DNA of 56,888 nucleotides, filler included, from Porpidia crustulata (taxonomy: Eukaryota): the NCBI GenBank assembly GCA_964255105.1. It is 7 parts of 7 records of this genome, joined end to end, with 100 filler letters (N's around TTAATTAATTAA, not from the genome) between each part and the next. Parts side by side here need not be neighbours in the genome. Positions count along the whole stretch, not along the records: positions 1 to 8,053 come from CAXUWE010001186.1; positions 8,154 to 16,202 come from CAXUWE010001187.1; 5 more parts are not named here. The stretch is one strand, 5' to 3'. The notes under the pieces were generated by a model. That model worked only from the letters and a program-made list of their open reading frames with translations, made no database searches and was not told the origin of the DNA. Below are positions 1 to 13,624 of this stretch, in pieces. Numbering within the stretch: the first letter of the stretch is position 1; every line of letters begins with the position of its first letter. Position numbers and translations under genes: made by a program.

Positions 1-644
1 TCATCGCCTTGGTACTATTTCACTTTTTCTAAATCCCAACTAACTTTCATCCCTATCCCCATCCTCATCCCATTCCCAACTTTCCCTATTTTCCATCAGA
101 TTGCCCCTAGCCGCAGCGACCGCGACCGACCAGATCACGCGCCCGACTGACCTCGCCTCTATCCCCAACCCAGCGTCATCTAAATTCCTATTATCCATCA
201 AGAACCTTCATTCGTTCCATTAAGAAACCCATCGAAATCATGTACCTTGACCAAAAGTATCCAAGTCGAACGGAATCGGTGTTATGACGACATGGTAAGA
301 TTCCTGCTTTGAATTGGTGAAGAGGTAGTGGATTTCTGATACGCGAATCGGTCGGATGTCGTTTATGGTATTAATATAAACCCGACGGTTGCTACCGATG
401 TATCCAAAGGGTTGTTATTTATTCTGTTCTGGGGCCCTATGTCGATCGCGGGGTGCCGGGTCCCATGCAGTCTGTAATTGCGCATACCCGCAAGACTGTT
501 CCTGTCTGTCCTTTTGTGATGCTTACCGTGGGTTTTCCCTGGTGATTGGCCTCCATGGAACACCAGATATGTCCTGAAGCATCGCCCATGAGCGTACGCG
601 GATTTTCTTCCACCTGATCAAGAGAAAGCAGCTCGGCCGCTGCG

Positions 645-3600
645 TCACTCAACAATCACCCAATCCCCACGGTTCAGATGAGATTCCAGAACCTTCTTGA
701 TCGTCCCTCCATCCTTGTGCACCACATTCCCAGAGATTTCCAACGCCAGATCCAACTCGGTGCCCTCGTAATCCTCCACCGCACCCACGTCCGCGCTGCC
801 GAAGTCGAGCAACAGCTTCACCATCTCGTACATGCCAAACTGGATGGCCAGCAGAAGCGGCGTCATACCCGAGGCATCCTTGACCTCCGTCTTGGCACCC
901 TCGTCCAGCAAGCATTTGACGATCTTGGTCCTTGCGGAGATCAAGTCTTCGTGGCCGGGCATTACGGCGATGTGGATGGCGGTGTTTTGGGCGTGGTCTT
1001 GGATATCTAGACTGTCGCGCATGTATTGAGCCAAGAGGTCGGAGAAATGGGTCCAGCCTTCCAATGCGGCGTAGTGAAGAAGGGTACGACCGTATTCGTC
1101 TTGCAAAGGGAGCCAATGCTTGTTTGCGCGCCACAGAACTGGAAGGAGTGGTGATGTCTGAAGATCTCTCATCAGAAAAAGCATTGTCTCAATAATTGGA
1201 TCTTCTGGTTTGTTCCTCGTTTCTCGTCGGGATTGATACGTTTCTAATGCTTTCCGGACATACGGCTTAACTTGCGCATCATTGTAGCTGATGTTTCGCA
1301 TATCCATAGAATTTGGAACGTTCATCCGCCACCATAACCATTTCCAGCGCGTTGCATCTAGCCTCGCAAAGGTTCGAAAGCGCTCGAAGAAATCCGGACT
1401 TGGTTTTTGTGACGCGTTTGTGCAATGTTGAAGCCAGGATCGAGTAGCATATTCCAGAAGCGGGTAGCGTTTGGAATACTTTTGGAGATCGATAGTTTTT
1501 GCTACGGCTCGTTTGAACTTTTCACAAGCCTGTTCCCTTATTGTGGCAGGCACCGCAAAAGTCTGACCGAGGTCCATGTAAAAGAGATAATCCATACATA
1601 TGGTTCCGAACGTAGTGTGATTTGTTTTCAGGTCGATGTAGAAGGATCCAGCGAGGTCTGTACTGCGAGTAAGGAAATCTTTTGCTGTAGGATGGACCAA
1701 AGTAACTATGCTACCTTGGGACGACGAGGTCAGGGAATCAGTATCTTGAACTCTGATGATTAGTCCGCAAAGCCTCAGATCTTCCTTGAAATTACGGAGC
1801 GTATCCTCGTCTAGTGGCTTGTTGACATTAACACTCCCCCCTTCCCACAGTTTCAAGGCATAGTACATTTCGGTGATGCTCAGAGGTCGCAACGCTGTGA
1901 CAACGAGAAGGATGATTTTGTAGACCCAACCTTTGCTTCTCTTTCTTATCTGGGACAAAAACCTTGCATACCGTTCATTTAAATTCCTTGGTGTTGATCG
2001 TAATACTTGGTCCACGTTGCCACTTAGCGTCCTGGACAATTCATCCAGTGTCAGAGATACCCATAAGTACATCCCGTCTGCCCCTCGTTCTAGATGTGAC
2101 TGAATCTTCGTCTTGATTCGGGGAGAGAATTTCAAAGCTGCTACCCTTTCTTTGATGGAGAGCCGAATATCTTGCTCACGACTTCTAAAGTTTTGGGCCG
2201 TTGACATGTCGATAATAGACGAAAACTTGACTAACGCTGCATATTTCTCGAAATTTAGATCTGGTTGACTTGTGATCAAATAACGTATAGGTGATGCCGT
2301 TGAATTGCGACGGTTATCCCTCATGCTCGAATCGTAATGTGTGGATATTTCCTTAAGTAAGGCTAGCGGATTAGTACATTCGTCAAGAGCATCAAGGATG
2401 CAGTAGATACTCGGACAATTACTGTCTTGAAGGACGTTTTCAAGGACATTACAGAGCGTCCCTAAAGAATCCGAGAATCCCCTCGGTCTGGTTTCATACT
2501 CTCTCACCGCGTGATCAATCAGGTGGTTGTTCTTGGCAAGGATCTGGTGGAGAATGCTACTTAGGATAGCTTCGGTCGAGCTGAGAGCGGCTTGATCTCT
2601 GGCACAATGGAAGTATGTTACTAGTGTTCTTTTACTGGTTCGCTGAAACTCTCGAATCAAATAGGCTGACAATACTGTTTTCCCAGACCCAGGTCCACCG
2701 AGTAGCCAGATGATCGGTTCTTTTTTTCCCGAGCTCCACTCAAGGTATTGGGGATGACCTGACACCCAAGTGCATGTCCCAGGATCCGAATTTGGCACAA
2801 GTCGAAGTTTGGTCTCGTAATCAGCGATCCAAAGCGAATGGAGACACCTTTTTTTGGTGGAACTGTCTATGGTTGGGCCAGGATCTATCTGCTGGTCCAT
2901 AATCTTGAGACTTTTTGTAACCTCTGCCAGCAAGTTAGACCCAATACTCAACCAACGCAATGAAATTCAAGGAAACAAAAAAACAAAGTCTCCGCCGTAG
3001 CAACAGTGTAGGCTTTTCACATATCTTGAAACCCTCGTGGGAGGGTGTTCAACCAAAGTCCTTGAGCTCACAAATATGACAAAGCCTATGCAACATATTG
3101 GATGTAAAAGCAGAGACTCACTATCATTGTGCCTGCGATTGTACTCTGTTGGAACTATCCTCGACTGGACAATTGTATCGGCATTTTTTGTCAATCGTTT
3201 TAGATACTGGCAGACTCGGTCATAACAGTCGTCCCGCTCAGAGAACTTAACAAGGTTTGAATGATCTTTGGGAAGGCCCATAACGAACTGCCTATCTTGT
3301 TCCCAACTACGTCCGCTAATTGCCGAGGCTTTGTCCACAAGCATCGTATTACGCTCTCTCATCTCATATCTGCCTTTCTCGTTCTAGAAGAGTCAGTCGA
3401 GTAGACAAGCTTCCCTTGGTCATAGAAGTAATTGAACACATACCAGAACGGCTGTTGGAGACTGTTTAGTCTCGTAAAACGACAAGATTTTGGAGTCTCT
3501 GAAAGCAAAAACTTTACAGAAACGCTCGTTTTTCATTGTAAGAAGCTCGGAGTCTCTTCCTAAATTCATCAGAAAGTTTTCATTTGGCTGACCAATTACC

Positions 3601-4761
3601 ATTGGCCGCAAAGAATCAGTGTTCATTCCTCGATTTGGTACACCAAAGAACATTGCAGCATATGACACTTTTAGATTCTCTAGATCCGCCTCGTCCTCGC
3701 TACCCTTCATCTGAACGAGGGCCTGAACCGTGTATTAGATTAGCAATTTAACAATCTTAGACATTGACTTACTTCTTTGACAACAAGACCCCCAAGGCTA
3801 TGCCCTATGAATATTAATGGTCTTGGACGCCGGTCATTGTCACACTGATATCGCTTTAGCGCAGACGATACATGTGGCTTACCAACATACTTTCGAGGAT
3901 ATTCTCAAACTTCTAAGAGAGTCTCGGAAAGAGGAGCCGATGTCACCTAAGTGCTGTACACTATTACTGCCTTGCAAAGCAGATTCGTAACCATATATAA
4001 ATACGCGAAGCTGAGAGAAATCATCAGGAAGGGAATCACGAAGCCACATATGTTGACTATCTTTGTCCTTGAACGACCCAAAAGGATGGCCACCTAGACC
4101 GGAAACCGCAACACAACTACGAGGCTTAGTCGGCTGAGTTTCAAGATCGGTATGGGATAGCATACTCAATATAATTCACACTTTCCTCTGGGCGATTCAA
4201 CGGCGTCAAACCTCTGAAATGCTTGTCCACTGTTATTGTCATCTTCTTAAGTTGTCTCCTAAACTTTTGATTTACAAGGTCATAAGATGGACTTGAAGTA
4301 TCTGTAGCTAATAAATTTCTAGTCGATCGGCTTCCCTCGAGAATATTCTCGGTCGAAGCATCAGTAGATCCGCTAGAACTAGACGGTATAGGGAATTGCC
4401 ATTCTGAATCAGAGCAAGGCTGTAGCATTCCATACGGTGGTTGTAATACTTCAAAAGTAGCTGTTTGCTCTCTGTTTCTTACAGGATCAGGAGCTAAGGA
4501 ACGAAGCTCCCAGTCCCTGATCTTCAACGTTGATCCTATTAACGAGGTGGCATCATCCCAGTCTAGGCCTAGAGGTATCCCCCGAACTCGATAGGTCCAC
4601 AGCCTCGACGTCTTCGGTGCTTCCCGCGCCAGGGCTGGGGACATTTGGGTCCCTGCCGAGAGGCCATTTGGAAGGCTTGACAAGGCTTTGCTAGACTGGC
4701 CGGATGGAACGGTATTGACTGAGGGGACTCTGAGAGTAACAATCCTGTTGGATGATGGCAT
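645..4761 (-). CDS. Fungal NLR-like protein: SesB/SERAC1-like alpha/beta hydrolase + NACHT NTPase + C-terminal ankyrin repeats (~1237 aa, 6 exons)
   Basis: Manual splicing with GT-AG introns (exons 4761-4166, 4116-3891, 3844-3773, 3722-3444, 3383-3122, 2923-645) gives one open frame. Motifs: DCVAVSGLGGHPFGSF, MWLRDSLP, lipase box FIGHSLGGLVVKE, FFGVPNRG, DHSNLVKF; Walker A GGPGSGKT; Walker B CILDALDEC; ankyrins GRTLLHYAA, QNTAIHIAV, GMTPLLLAIQFG. Confidence 0.88.
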
Positions 4762-5533
4762 GGTAGCCTGTGGATTCGGTTCTTCATCGCGGCGATGAGT
4801 CTAAGTATTGCGCAGGTTTTGGCGCAAAGTGGTTCATCACCTCGAGATAATTACGGGACTCATGAACAAGAAATTGTACCTCTGCCATAGAACGATGGCA
4901 GAGGCTTGATCTTCACGTGGTGATCTGTAAATGGATAGATGTCCCAGTCAGAGAACTCCGGAGAAGTATGCCACAAGGCTGTCTCGCTCTCAATACCTTG
5001 GGATTGGATGGCACGATGGGAGCGTTAGCGAGTCTATCTAGTCCGACTGGAGTCTAGCCTATAGAAAATCCGCGCTTGGCCATGATAGGGAAGTACGATC
5101 GCCCGATCCAGACTCGCGTTAAAATCACATGGCAACAGCGGCCGCCTTTCGTTCTCAATCTTATCCCTCTTCAAAAATCTCTGTCCCATACAAGCCTGAC
5201 CTCTCCACGCACGTAACAGAATCATAAAATGCATGTGAAGCAAAACCCGCCGAATAATTTGTCCTTCCAACTCAAAGAGAGATGTCTCTTCCAGCCTCTT
5301 TTCAAGCAAGGAAGCGTCGGTTTTGGCAAGTGGGCACGACTTGGCGGAGATGAGAATATCATCATTTATCTATTCGCATATCATAATACCACCATTGGTA
5401 GATGGTATGCGCTGGGAACAGAAAAGCTGCGTCGCTACCATGGCAATCATAAGCGCGTGGCATGACCATATTGAACGACGGTGCCCCGAACGCAGCTTTC
5501 ACACACGGCAACTTCTGAACCGTCGTCGCCATT

Positions 5534-8053
5534 TTACTCCATCATGTCATGTTCAGACTCGTCTAGAAGATCGTCAGTTTCGTGACGGAGACGCTTGTTT
5601 GGGTCCAAGGCAGTGACAGCCTTTCGTTTGTTTCCTATCACGGTGTCCTCGCGAGGACTACCTGTCTTGCGGGGACTTGGAGCCTTCTGCCGAGTAGCTC
5701 GGTTATCATGGTAGCTAGGATCTGCTGCATCATCCTCATCACTGCTATCATCTTCGCTCGTTGCGTCTGTGTCTTGGTTCTGTAAAACGTTAGAGAGACT
5801 TGAGAAGTTAAGGATATAGATCGCTCACTGTGCGAGAAAAAACGAAGTTTGTTGGACCTGTTGGAGTAGGAATGAGCGGAGCTATGCCGTCAGGCTGGCC
5901 ATTGGGGGCTGCAATCGCGCTAACTTCGTTTGAACCATCAACCGGATTATGGACGGCCGCCTCGGGTGTCTTGTTCCTATTATCCTTTCCTCCGGCCGCA
6001 ATCAGGGCGTTGGCTGTTGCTTCCGGGATAGCCAATCCTTTCAGAGGGTCAGTGACAACCTTAGGTTCTCGAGGCTTGGAAGCCTTCTTGGAAACCTTCT
6101 TTGGCTTTCGAGGTATTGGGGTGCCAGGTTGCCATTCCCGGCCTTTTTGCAATGCCTCTTCGCTAATCACTGTAGTTGGCAGACCTGCCGAGGCCACCTG
6201 ATCATCCCACCATGGCTTTTCCTTCTTGGCTGGTGCTTTTGTTGCTCTCCCCTAAAGTTGGTTAGTTAAGTAGTCCGTATGCGGCAGCTACTGCTACTAC
6301 TTGCCTTTTTCTTTGGTGCGGTATTGTCTTCCGGTTCAAGCGCAGCTTGATTTGCTCTTCCATTTGGGACGGGTGTATCTGGGTGGGCACTTGGAGTCGC
6401 ATTTGTGGTTTCCCTTGTGTGTTTCCGGGATGGAGACCGCTTGTTATGCTCTGATGGCTGACGGGGACCATGTTGTACCGTATTATTGGAAGTTCCCCTT
6501 ACCTGCGCTTGATATGAGCTATGCTGATAACTAATTGAATGTTCCTGTTGACGTGGAGGCTGATATGGAGGCGGTCGTGACATGCCAGGAGAGGTATATG
6601 CGTTGTTCTCTTGCGGAACGTAGTTATCAGGACCATTAAAAAGTGGACGTGTTTGTTGGTCCGTAATGACTGGAAGCATGCTGAGGTCTCTATGGCCTTG
6701 GGTGAAGTAAGGTCCATACTTTCCGTTGCATTTGCTGAGGAACGTCTCATTGTTTTCTTTCATTTGCTTGATTTGAGCATTATTTTGATGATAGGTTCTA
6801 TACGCTGCGTCTAACGAATCCGGCATCAAAGATGGGTCTAGTAGGCTGGGGCTGATATAGCCTGGTGAGGCATTATCAAGGTATCTATTACTTAGTCCTA
6901 GCGATAATTGTCAGCTGTTGTAGGAAACTTTGAGCTATCATGTCTAGATACCTGGCAGGCTACGACTAATACCGTATACTCCACTCTGTGGCAGTCCAAT
7001 ACCGGCCGAGTCAGGAGAAGAAGCAACCGAGCTGGGGTACATTGTCTGCAGACGCGGTGGAACAGAGGCCATGGCATTGATAGGCTGAGGGTGAATTGTC
7101 GGTAGCATTCTCGTCGGACTCGGTTTCTTCACACCCGCTTGATTCAACTTCAAATACTGGCGCTCTTGGTACATGTCGTATATCGACACACGCTCTTTCA
7201 ACAACAGCTGGTCTAGCTTGAATTGGGCATCCCACTGCTTATCTCTCGCAACGTTTCGAATTTCCTGCTGCTCGGCTGGGAGATTTCTGGCTTCCCCTAC
7301 GCTGGCGTCAAGTGCCCCTCTTGCCTCTGACCGGGAGCTATTGAACAGAATCCTCGCTTCGCGTTGGTCGATCGGCTCATCACCTTCTTTCCAACCAGGA
7401 GGCGCTAATATATCATCCAAGAGTCCTACACCAGGTATGTGGTGGCTTAAACCAATTTGGTCTGCTCGATGTGCGTACGGGTTGGCGTCGATAGGATCAT
7501 TCACCTCGGTATCATCGTAGCAATGTGGTGATCTTATGGGATCGCCATGCATGTCAAGACCAGCGAGCGAGTTTTGAGGCACCTGGACTGGGAAATTGGC
7601 ATACGGGCTCTGTGAGTATCCTGCTAAGCCTGGAGAGTAGCTCTGGTCACGATCGCGATTGATGACCTGCGTGATTGGCGGAAGGGACTCTCTTGCGACA
7701 GAATCACGTCTTAAATGTGGATAGATAATTCCGGGTGACGCAGTCTTCTGTGGCATTGTAAAAATCGGAGGAGGAACCCTAGCGACGCCAGCGCCAAAAC
7801 TCGAGATCGGATTGCCGAAGCCGTTGCCTCTGCCTTGGATTGCTGTGAATATCGTCGTTAGCATGGACCCGAGTTTGTGATTTTAGGAATCCTGAATGGT
7901 GACCCTTATTGACGATCACCAAGTTAGGCTGTCACTTCACGACGATAGAGGATCCAGCACCAAACCCACGCCGCGCTTGGCAGCCATAAAATCGCCAAAT
8001 GATAAAATTTAGGGGGAAGACTTACGACTGATGCCCAAGCCCGCTGCCCCCAA
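5534..8053 (-). CDS. Uncharacterised Pro/Gln/Ser-rich, probably disordered protein, 5'-partial
   Basis: ORFs 6944-7864, 6266-6829 and 5808-6197 join in frame through introns with branch-point motifs (exons 8053-8026, 7842-6952, 6897-6305, 6251-5829, 5779-5534). The protein ends ...NKRKAVTALDPNKRLRHETDDLLDESEHDMME*. One intron has a GC donor. Confidence 0.7.
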
Positions 8054-8153
8054 NNNNNNNNNNNNNNNNNNNNNNNNNNNNNNNNNNNNNNNNNNNNTTA
8101 ATTAATTAANNNNNNNNNNNNNNNNNNNNNNNNNNNNNNNNNNNNNNNNNNNN
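8054..8153. other. Artificial contig spacer N44-TTAATTAATTAA-N44
   Basis: Exactly 100 nt with a six-frame stop linker, identical at all six junctions. Confidence 0.98.

Positions 8154-8206
<53 letters not shown>
8154..8206. repeat. 53-nt poly(C) tract at contig start
   Basis: Homopolymer directly visible; may be a sequencing/assembly artefact. Confidence 0.85.
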
Positions 8207-8208
<2 letters not shown>

Positions 8209-8548
8209 CGGTGGTTGGGACTGTATTCTGATGGGTGACAGGGAATATGTGCTGCGGTAGTGTCTCGGCAACTATAGGGCATACCATGTATCTCGCATTG
8301 GGCACCAAACGGCCAGTCTCATGTAAGCAGTCGAAACCGACTACCTAACAGGCGAATGGCAGACGGTGCGGAAATTGTGAAGGACAAGGTAGTAAACAAG
8401 TAAATAAATCAACAAATCAACAAAGCCGCGTTGTAGAGAGAATCGATAATAATAAAAACAAAAGCAAGAATGATAATGAGCATGTAGAGTTGACGGTTGG
8501 AAGGATAGGCGATGGGGAGGGAGAGGGTAAGGATTGGGAGGTACTTAC

Positions 8549-8605
8549 AGGATCGCCCGCTACAGGCGCCGGGTCTTCCTTATACACTCCCTGCTGGTGA
8601 GCCAT
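8549..8605 (-). CDS. Probable first coding exon (MAHQQGVYKEDPAPVAGDP) of a gene running off the contig
   Basis: ATG followed by 19 codons, then a perfect GTAAGT donor and pyrimidine-rich intron-like sequence. Product not recognised. Confidence 0.35.
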
Positions 8606-11600
8606 GCTTCGCATCGCACAACACAGCTATGCTTGGTAGTAATCAGTACCTTGGAACGAGCGTTGAAAAGCTGTCGCGGTTCTCAACCGTCCGTGCGGGC
8701 GCTGCAGATTGTCAACCCTGGGCCCTGCTGCTTGAGTCGAAACAACCTAACGAACCACGTAATCGCGATAGTACGCAGTGAGTGATAATGTAATCCTGGA
8801 GAAAAGCCTACTGCAGCCAGAACCTCAATTGTCAGTCGACTCGATTCGATTTTATCATGTACGTGCCTGAACAATAAATTCATTTATCCAGACCTCCTCA
8901 ACATCGTACGCTCACAAACATGCGCTCGCAAGATTTACACACCCACAGCACACAAAGGCGACAGGTGGTTCCACATGAGTCTGCTAAGGCGTCTAATGCA
9001 TGAACGGGATGACATTACCTTTCTTTCTTGTCGACTTTGATCAACCTGGTTTGCAAATAACAGCCTTCAATCAGCTAATCGCCAGAAGAATGATAGTTTG
9101 GTGGAAATCATGCACCATGAGGACGCGGCCTCGTGCGATCACTTGTGCTTGGCCAAACCCAGTCCACTAGCGAGGCGCTATCTGACACAGCGTGAGGCTG
9201 GCAAGTGGCAATTTGTTAATAAGAATGTGTGTCCCTCGGTGCATGTAACAGGTCGCAAACGATTCGACAGTCCGTTCCGACTCGAGACCTTATTAAAGTA
9301 ATTGTTGCTACCGTCCTGCAATCAAACTCGCAATCATCAGTCACCGTGCGGTCTGGCCTCCGAACCGCTACTGGCAAAAATCTGCTGTGGCACCACAAAA
9401 ATCAGTCAGCCACCACGCAAAAACCGATAGGGTCGATTGATACGTCAGCCAGTAAATTACCTCGAAATTAAGTTGATATCACAGAAGAAGGTGGACCGTG
9501 TGGAGTGTGCGCTGTGTTTCGGATTTAGGTCGAGGCGCCACCAAACAACAACGAATGATAATTAATTCAGTTGATTGCGGACTTTTCGGGTGTGTGCAAC
9601 TTGAGCTCGCACTGTGATAGGAGGATCTGAGGGTAGGCACTGCTGCAGTCGCACTCGACAGGACTAAGAAGTAGACTGGGACCAATTAGCAGATGGCTTC
9701 CGCTAAGCATCCTGTGAGTCAAGAACTCGCGCGTGGGTCTCGAGGAAACCAATCAAAAGGAAGGGCTACAAAACAACGTGATGATGCTAAACAACATGTA
9801 TAACGCGGAAAAACCAATAGACGATGAGTGGGGATTTCCAGGACCATAGCTGAGGACCTGCTGCGGGTTTCCATGCTTTTGCTGTTGGTGGGAATTCTTC
9901 AGCGTACACGGAGAACGGTACGCTATAGTCTCCTTTCAACTCGATGAGAGGCCCGATGTGGAAAGGTGGCTCATCCATGACGACCACGTCTCACTCTCTG
10001 CCAGGAGGCGAGGAGCTGACAAATTGCGCCGACACGCAATTGGCTGTATCAATGCGACCGTTGAAGTGGACTGGGATGATGCCTGCAAGGCGTTGGGAGG
10101 CGCAAGGATAATCGCACCTCGGCTAGGAAATTCGCATCCCCGTAATTTGAAGGTCGTGCATGCATGCGAGTGCCGAGACACTCACACACTGTCCTTATTA
10201 CAAATGCATGAGAGGCGTGAGAGGCAAGAACGACAGCAGAGAAGCGGGGGTGCGCATATGCAGTTGCCAAAAAGAAACACTTGGACGGTTTTGTCTTCGG
10301 TGTGAGTGTATGAGTGGAGAAACTGACCGCTAAGATATCCGTTGAGTCCCGGGACGTATGTAGTGGTCTGATCTAGGCAACGCAAATGCTGTCAGTAGAG
10401 TGCCGTTAGTGTGGAATTAGGTGGTGGTAGATGGATAAAGCGAGTAAGCCTTTTCGCCCAAGTGACACACAACCACCACCAGCATCACAACCACCACCAT
10501 TCCGCCGCTAAATCCTGGCCATCCATCCCACAAGTAGAGGGGACATGGGAGGCATGTATCCCAGCAGGTCAAAGCCGTTTAAGCTCGTGCAAGCGTGTCG
10601 ACATGGTTCAGGGAGCGGTGAAGCTCTTACCTTGCTTACAAGTTGCGCTCCAACTTTCCGCGATGTGCAGCCCTATGGTCTGTTTCTTCCTTTACAAACG
10701 TCGCCTCTTCTTGATGATGATACACCTCTGATTGTGCGCTATTCCTGAGGGCGGCGCAGTGTCGGTTCACGTATCCAAGGCCTAATGCGCGTGTCGGTCT
10801 TGTACAATCTTTCTTGGAATCTTGCGCTTTCGAGGCTCGAAGGAGTGGATTCGGTAGAACCAGGTAATGATGGGTGGTCGCACGCAGCAAAGCTCGCGCT
10901 GGTAAATTGACTGACCGTGAGAGTTTGCGCGACTGTCTTTAGATTCTCGATGGTTTCCGAGATGGATGGAGGAAAGTCTCCTTGGAATTTGTAGTGTTCA
11001 CTACTACCACCGACCACCCCCCACAGCAAGGTTAGAAGCGAAATCGAGGCGCAATCACCGCAGGATTGACTTACGCTACAATTTCATAGCGTAATTCGAC
11101 ACAGCTGAATCCGTATGCAATGCCTATGGATAGCACTGATCGTGAGGTGAAATTTCGTACGGTCACTGATGATGATTTGGTGCTCAACGAAAGGCAGGGG
11201 AAATAAGTGGTAGGGAAAGCGTAGGGCGACTCGCGTATCTAGCGCTAACCCCACGACTGTGAATCAAATGCTTCAATAAGAGATCAGTCTTCAATACGCT
11301 GCAATCGCAACTGCTCCTGCCGACACCCCCCCATATGACAATGGGAAAAGGCGCCATTGTTCAGACCAATTCTTCTTCAGGTTCTGCGACATCCTCTCTT
11401 TATTGGGGACGATAATTATGTGACTCGCGACTCGTGAAGATAGAAAATATCATGAGGTTCGCACGACTCGTCATCCGTTGCCATCAGGTCGCAGCAAAAT
11501 CAGTCGAATTGGGGTTTAATATTCAACGGCGACCCATAAGTACCGAAGGTAAAAACGCTTACATAGTACAGGTTCAAGGTTATTCTAGCGATCAGATCCA

Positions 11601-13624
11601 GTAACAGCTGCAGAATGTTGACAGCGGGACTTATAGCCAAGTTGCTAGGACAGGGTCATCGGATGATCTGAGTACAAGGGATAGGTGAAGACTGGGGTGG
11701 GGGTGGAGGGATTCGGTAATGCTTTAAAGGATCCTTGATGCTACTCAAAGTTCACGTCAACGCGTCTCTATCAGAGTATCATGGGTATAAAAATCATCAA
11801 TCAGAGTTCGTTTCACTATTAAGCACGGCATCATGGATAGCAAAGCAAGCTTGTTGACGGTTAAGACATGAGTGCCCCATAGACCGGTCCTTTTGCAGTA
11901 GCAGTGATTGAGATAAAGTGTTCGCTCGCTTGCCAAGCAGTCCTTCCATCTCGGCATCGGCTCAATGGTTCACTCTTGAACTTGCCAACAAATTCATGTC
12001 TGATGGTTGATACATACGAAGTATCTTCTGTTTTTGATCTATTCGATAATCAGTTAGACGAATGATGACATGACTTGCTCATCATCTCTGATTGGTCATC
12101 CATTTAATTATTATTATTTAAGAGTTAAGAGTGGGAATTCAGTCTGCCAATTGCCTTACTCCACCTCATAATTTGCAGCCAGCCAAAGTATATGAGGGCT
12201 AATCCTCATTTAATTAGCCTTTGATTCCGCATGCATAAGGCTCTAGTCTCTACTGACAATCTCATTCATGCGTGTGCGCGGAATCCATCCCCTCTGGTAC
12301 CCTATACGAGATTGCGGTCAAGTCCCAAGGACCATGGTAACAATCGACTGGGACCTGCCTAGTTGAGGCCGAGACCTTCTGGCTTCATTTCCATTTCCAC
12401 TTCCCACCAAATGAGCGGTGGCGAGTGACAACCAGTAATCGACCTGCTCCATCCACAAATTTCACGATATGCGTGTAGATACATTACGTCAAGATTACAT
12501 GAGAAGATTGGAGATAAGTTCGCAGCCGGACGGGTAAAGCTTTCACGGCACAAGTGCCTAAGACCTCGACGTCAGAACTGCTTCGTTCGCTACAGAAAGC
12601 GCAAAGCCACCACGCTTCGAACCCTAGCAGCCCTGCTTGCAAAGCCATCGTTCGAATCCCGAAGCCTAGAATTAAGGGGAGTGGGTTGGGAGATGTGACA
12701 GCGACTGAGCCATAAGGCTTCCAGGATGTGGGAGATCAAACCAAGCACCAAAGTGACCAGATCATCAAATCCACGCACTGGCGCAGCTTCCCCCGCTTGG
12801 CCCCTCCTTTCGACTCACAACTCGCAAGCGCTCTGGCAGAGTGATGGATCTCGACTAGGATCGACTGTTCTGGAAAGGAGACGGAGATAAGGCTTTGCCG
12901 CCTCACAGTCGACAGGACCGATGCTGCTCATCTGCAGTCTGCACTCCTGAGCACATCCTACCGTACCATCATCACGTCCACCCCATCAGCCAGAGGTAGG
13001 GTAGTCGGAAGTAGGTAAGTGTGATCCAAGCTCCAAAAGTCAACTTCGAAGGCTCCAAGGGTTGCAGAAACGGTTTTCTCCCATGCATAAGCGCCAACCA
13101 TGACGGCCGAAGTGGACGTCCACGGCAAGGGTTACATGAGCCCGGAGCCTGTTGGAGGCGTTTGTTGACCTGGCGTTTCCTCTAGTCACTTAAAGCTGCC
13201 GCCCTAACAGGGAAGAGGAGGGAGACAAGGCCACCTTGCTTCCCGCTTTCCCTGTCTACTGATCCTTGAACTTCGAGCCCAGCTGTGTGCTGGGGGGGAG
13301 GAACCTCCTTGTTCATATGACTAATCCTGACGACTAGCGACAGAATACGATCACCGCAATTACCAAAGACTCGTTCTGCCTCAGGCGTTCCAAGGATTGC
13401 GGCTGGATCGATTCGTGACTCCAGTAGACACTGCAGCGACGATGAGATAGCATCAATCCATCCAATCTCTGTCAAAAACCCTCGCAACTCCAACAGCCCT
13501 TGTCGCCGCTGACATCCAGGCCATTGTGATTCCTATGACTTCGTCGGTTTCGGGAAGATAGCATCGTGGTATCATACGCTTCATTTCTTCCTACCAAATT
13601 CAAGAATGAATATTCCCACATCCC

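Noticed and set aside
1..180. ATCCC/GGGAT-like repeats here and at 16303 and 24330 as telomeric or CRISPR repeats
   Set aside because: They are irregular, not TTAGGG, and have no repeat-spacer structure. At 16303 they encode IPIPT of GRH1.
645..1080. GC-rich ankyrin segment (~60% in sampled lines versus ~40% in the NACHT part) as evidence of domain shuffling or HGT
   Set aside because: The same GC-rich C-to-G skew island occurs inside housekeeping genes (FYV10, TFB4, Rab6), so it is a genome-wide compositional effect.
7843..7864. ATG at 7864 as the gene start
   Set aside because: It overlaps a CTAAC branch point and CAG acceptor, and an upstream GTAAGT donor at 8025 gives an in-frame exon.
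8098..8109. TTAATTAATTAA palindrome recurring every ~8.14 kb as a biological periodic element
   Set aside because: It is always embedded in N runs and is a synthetic six-frame stop linker.
8102..8308. Poly-Gly ORF
   Set aside because: It is a translation of the poly(C) tract and Ns at a contig edge.
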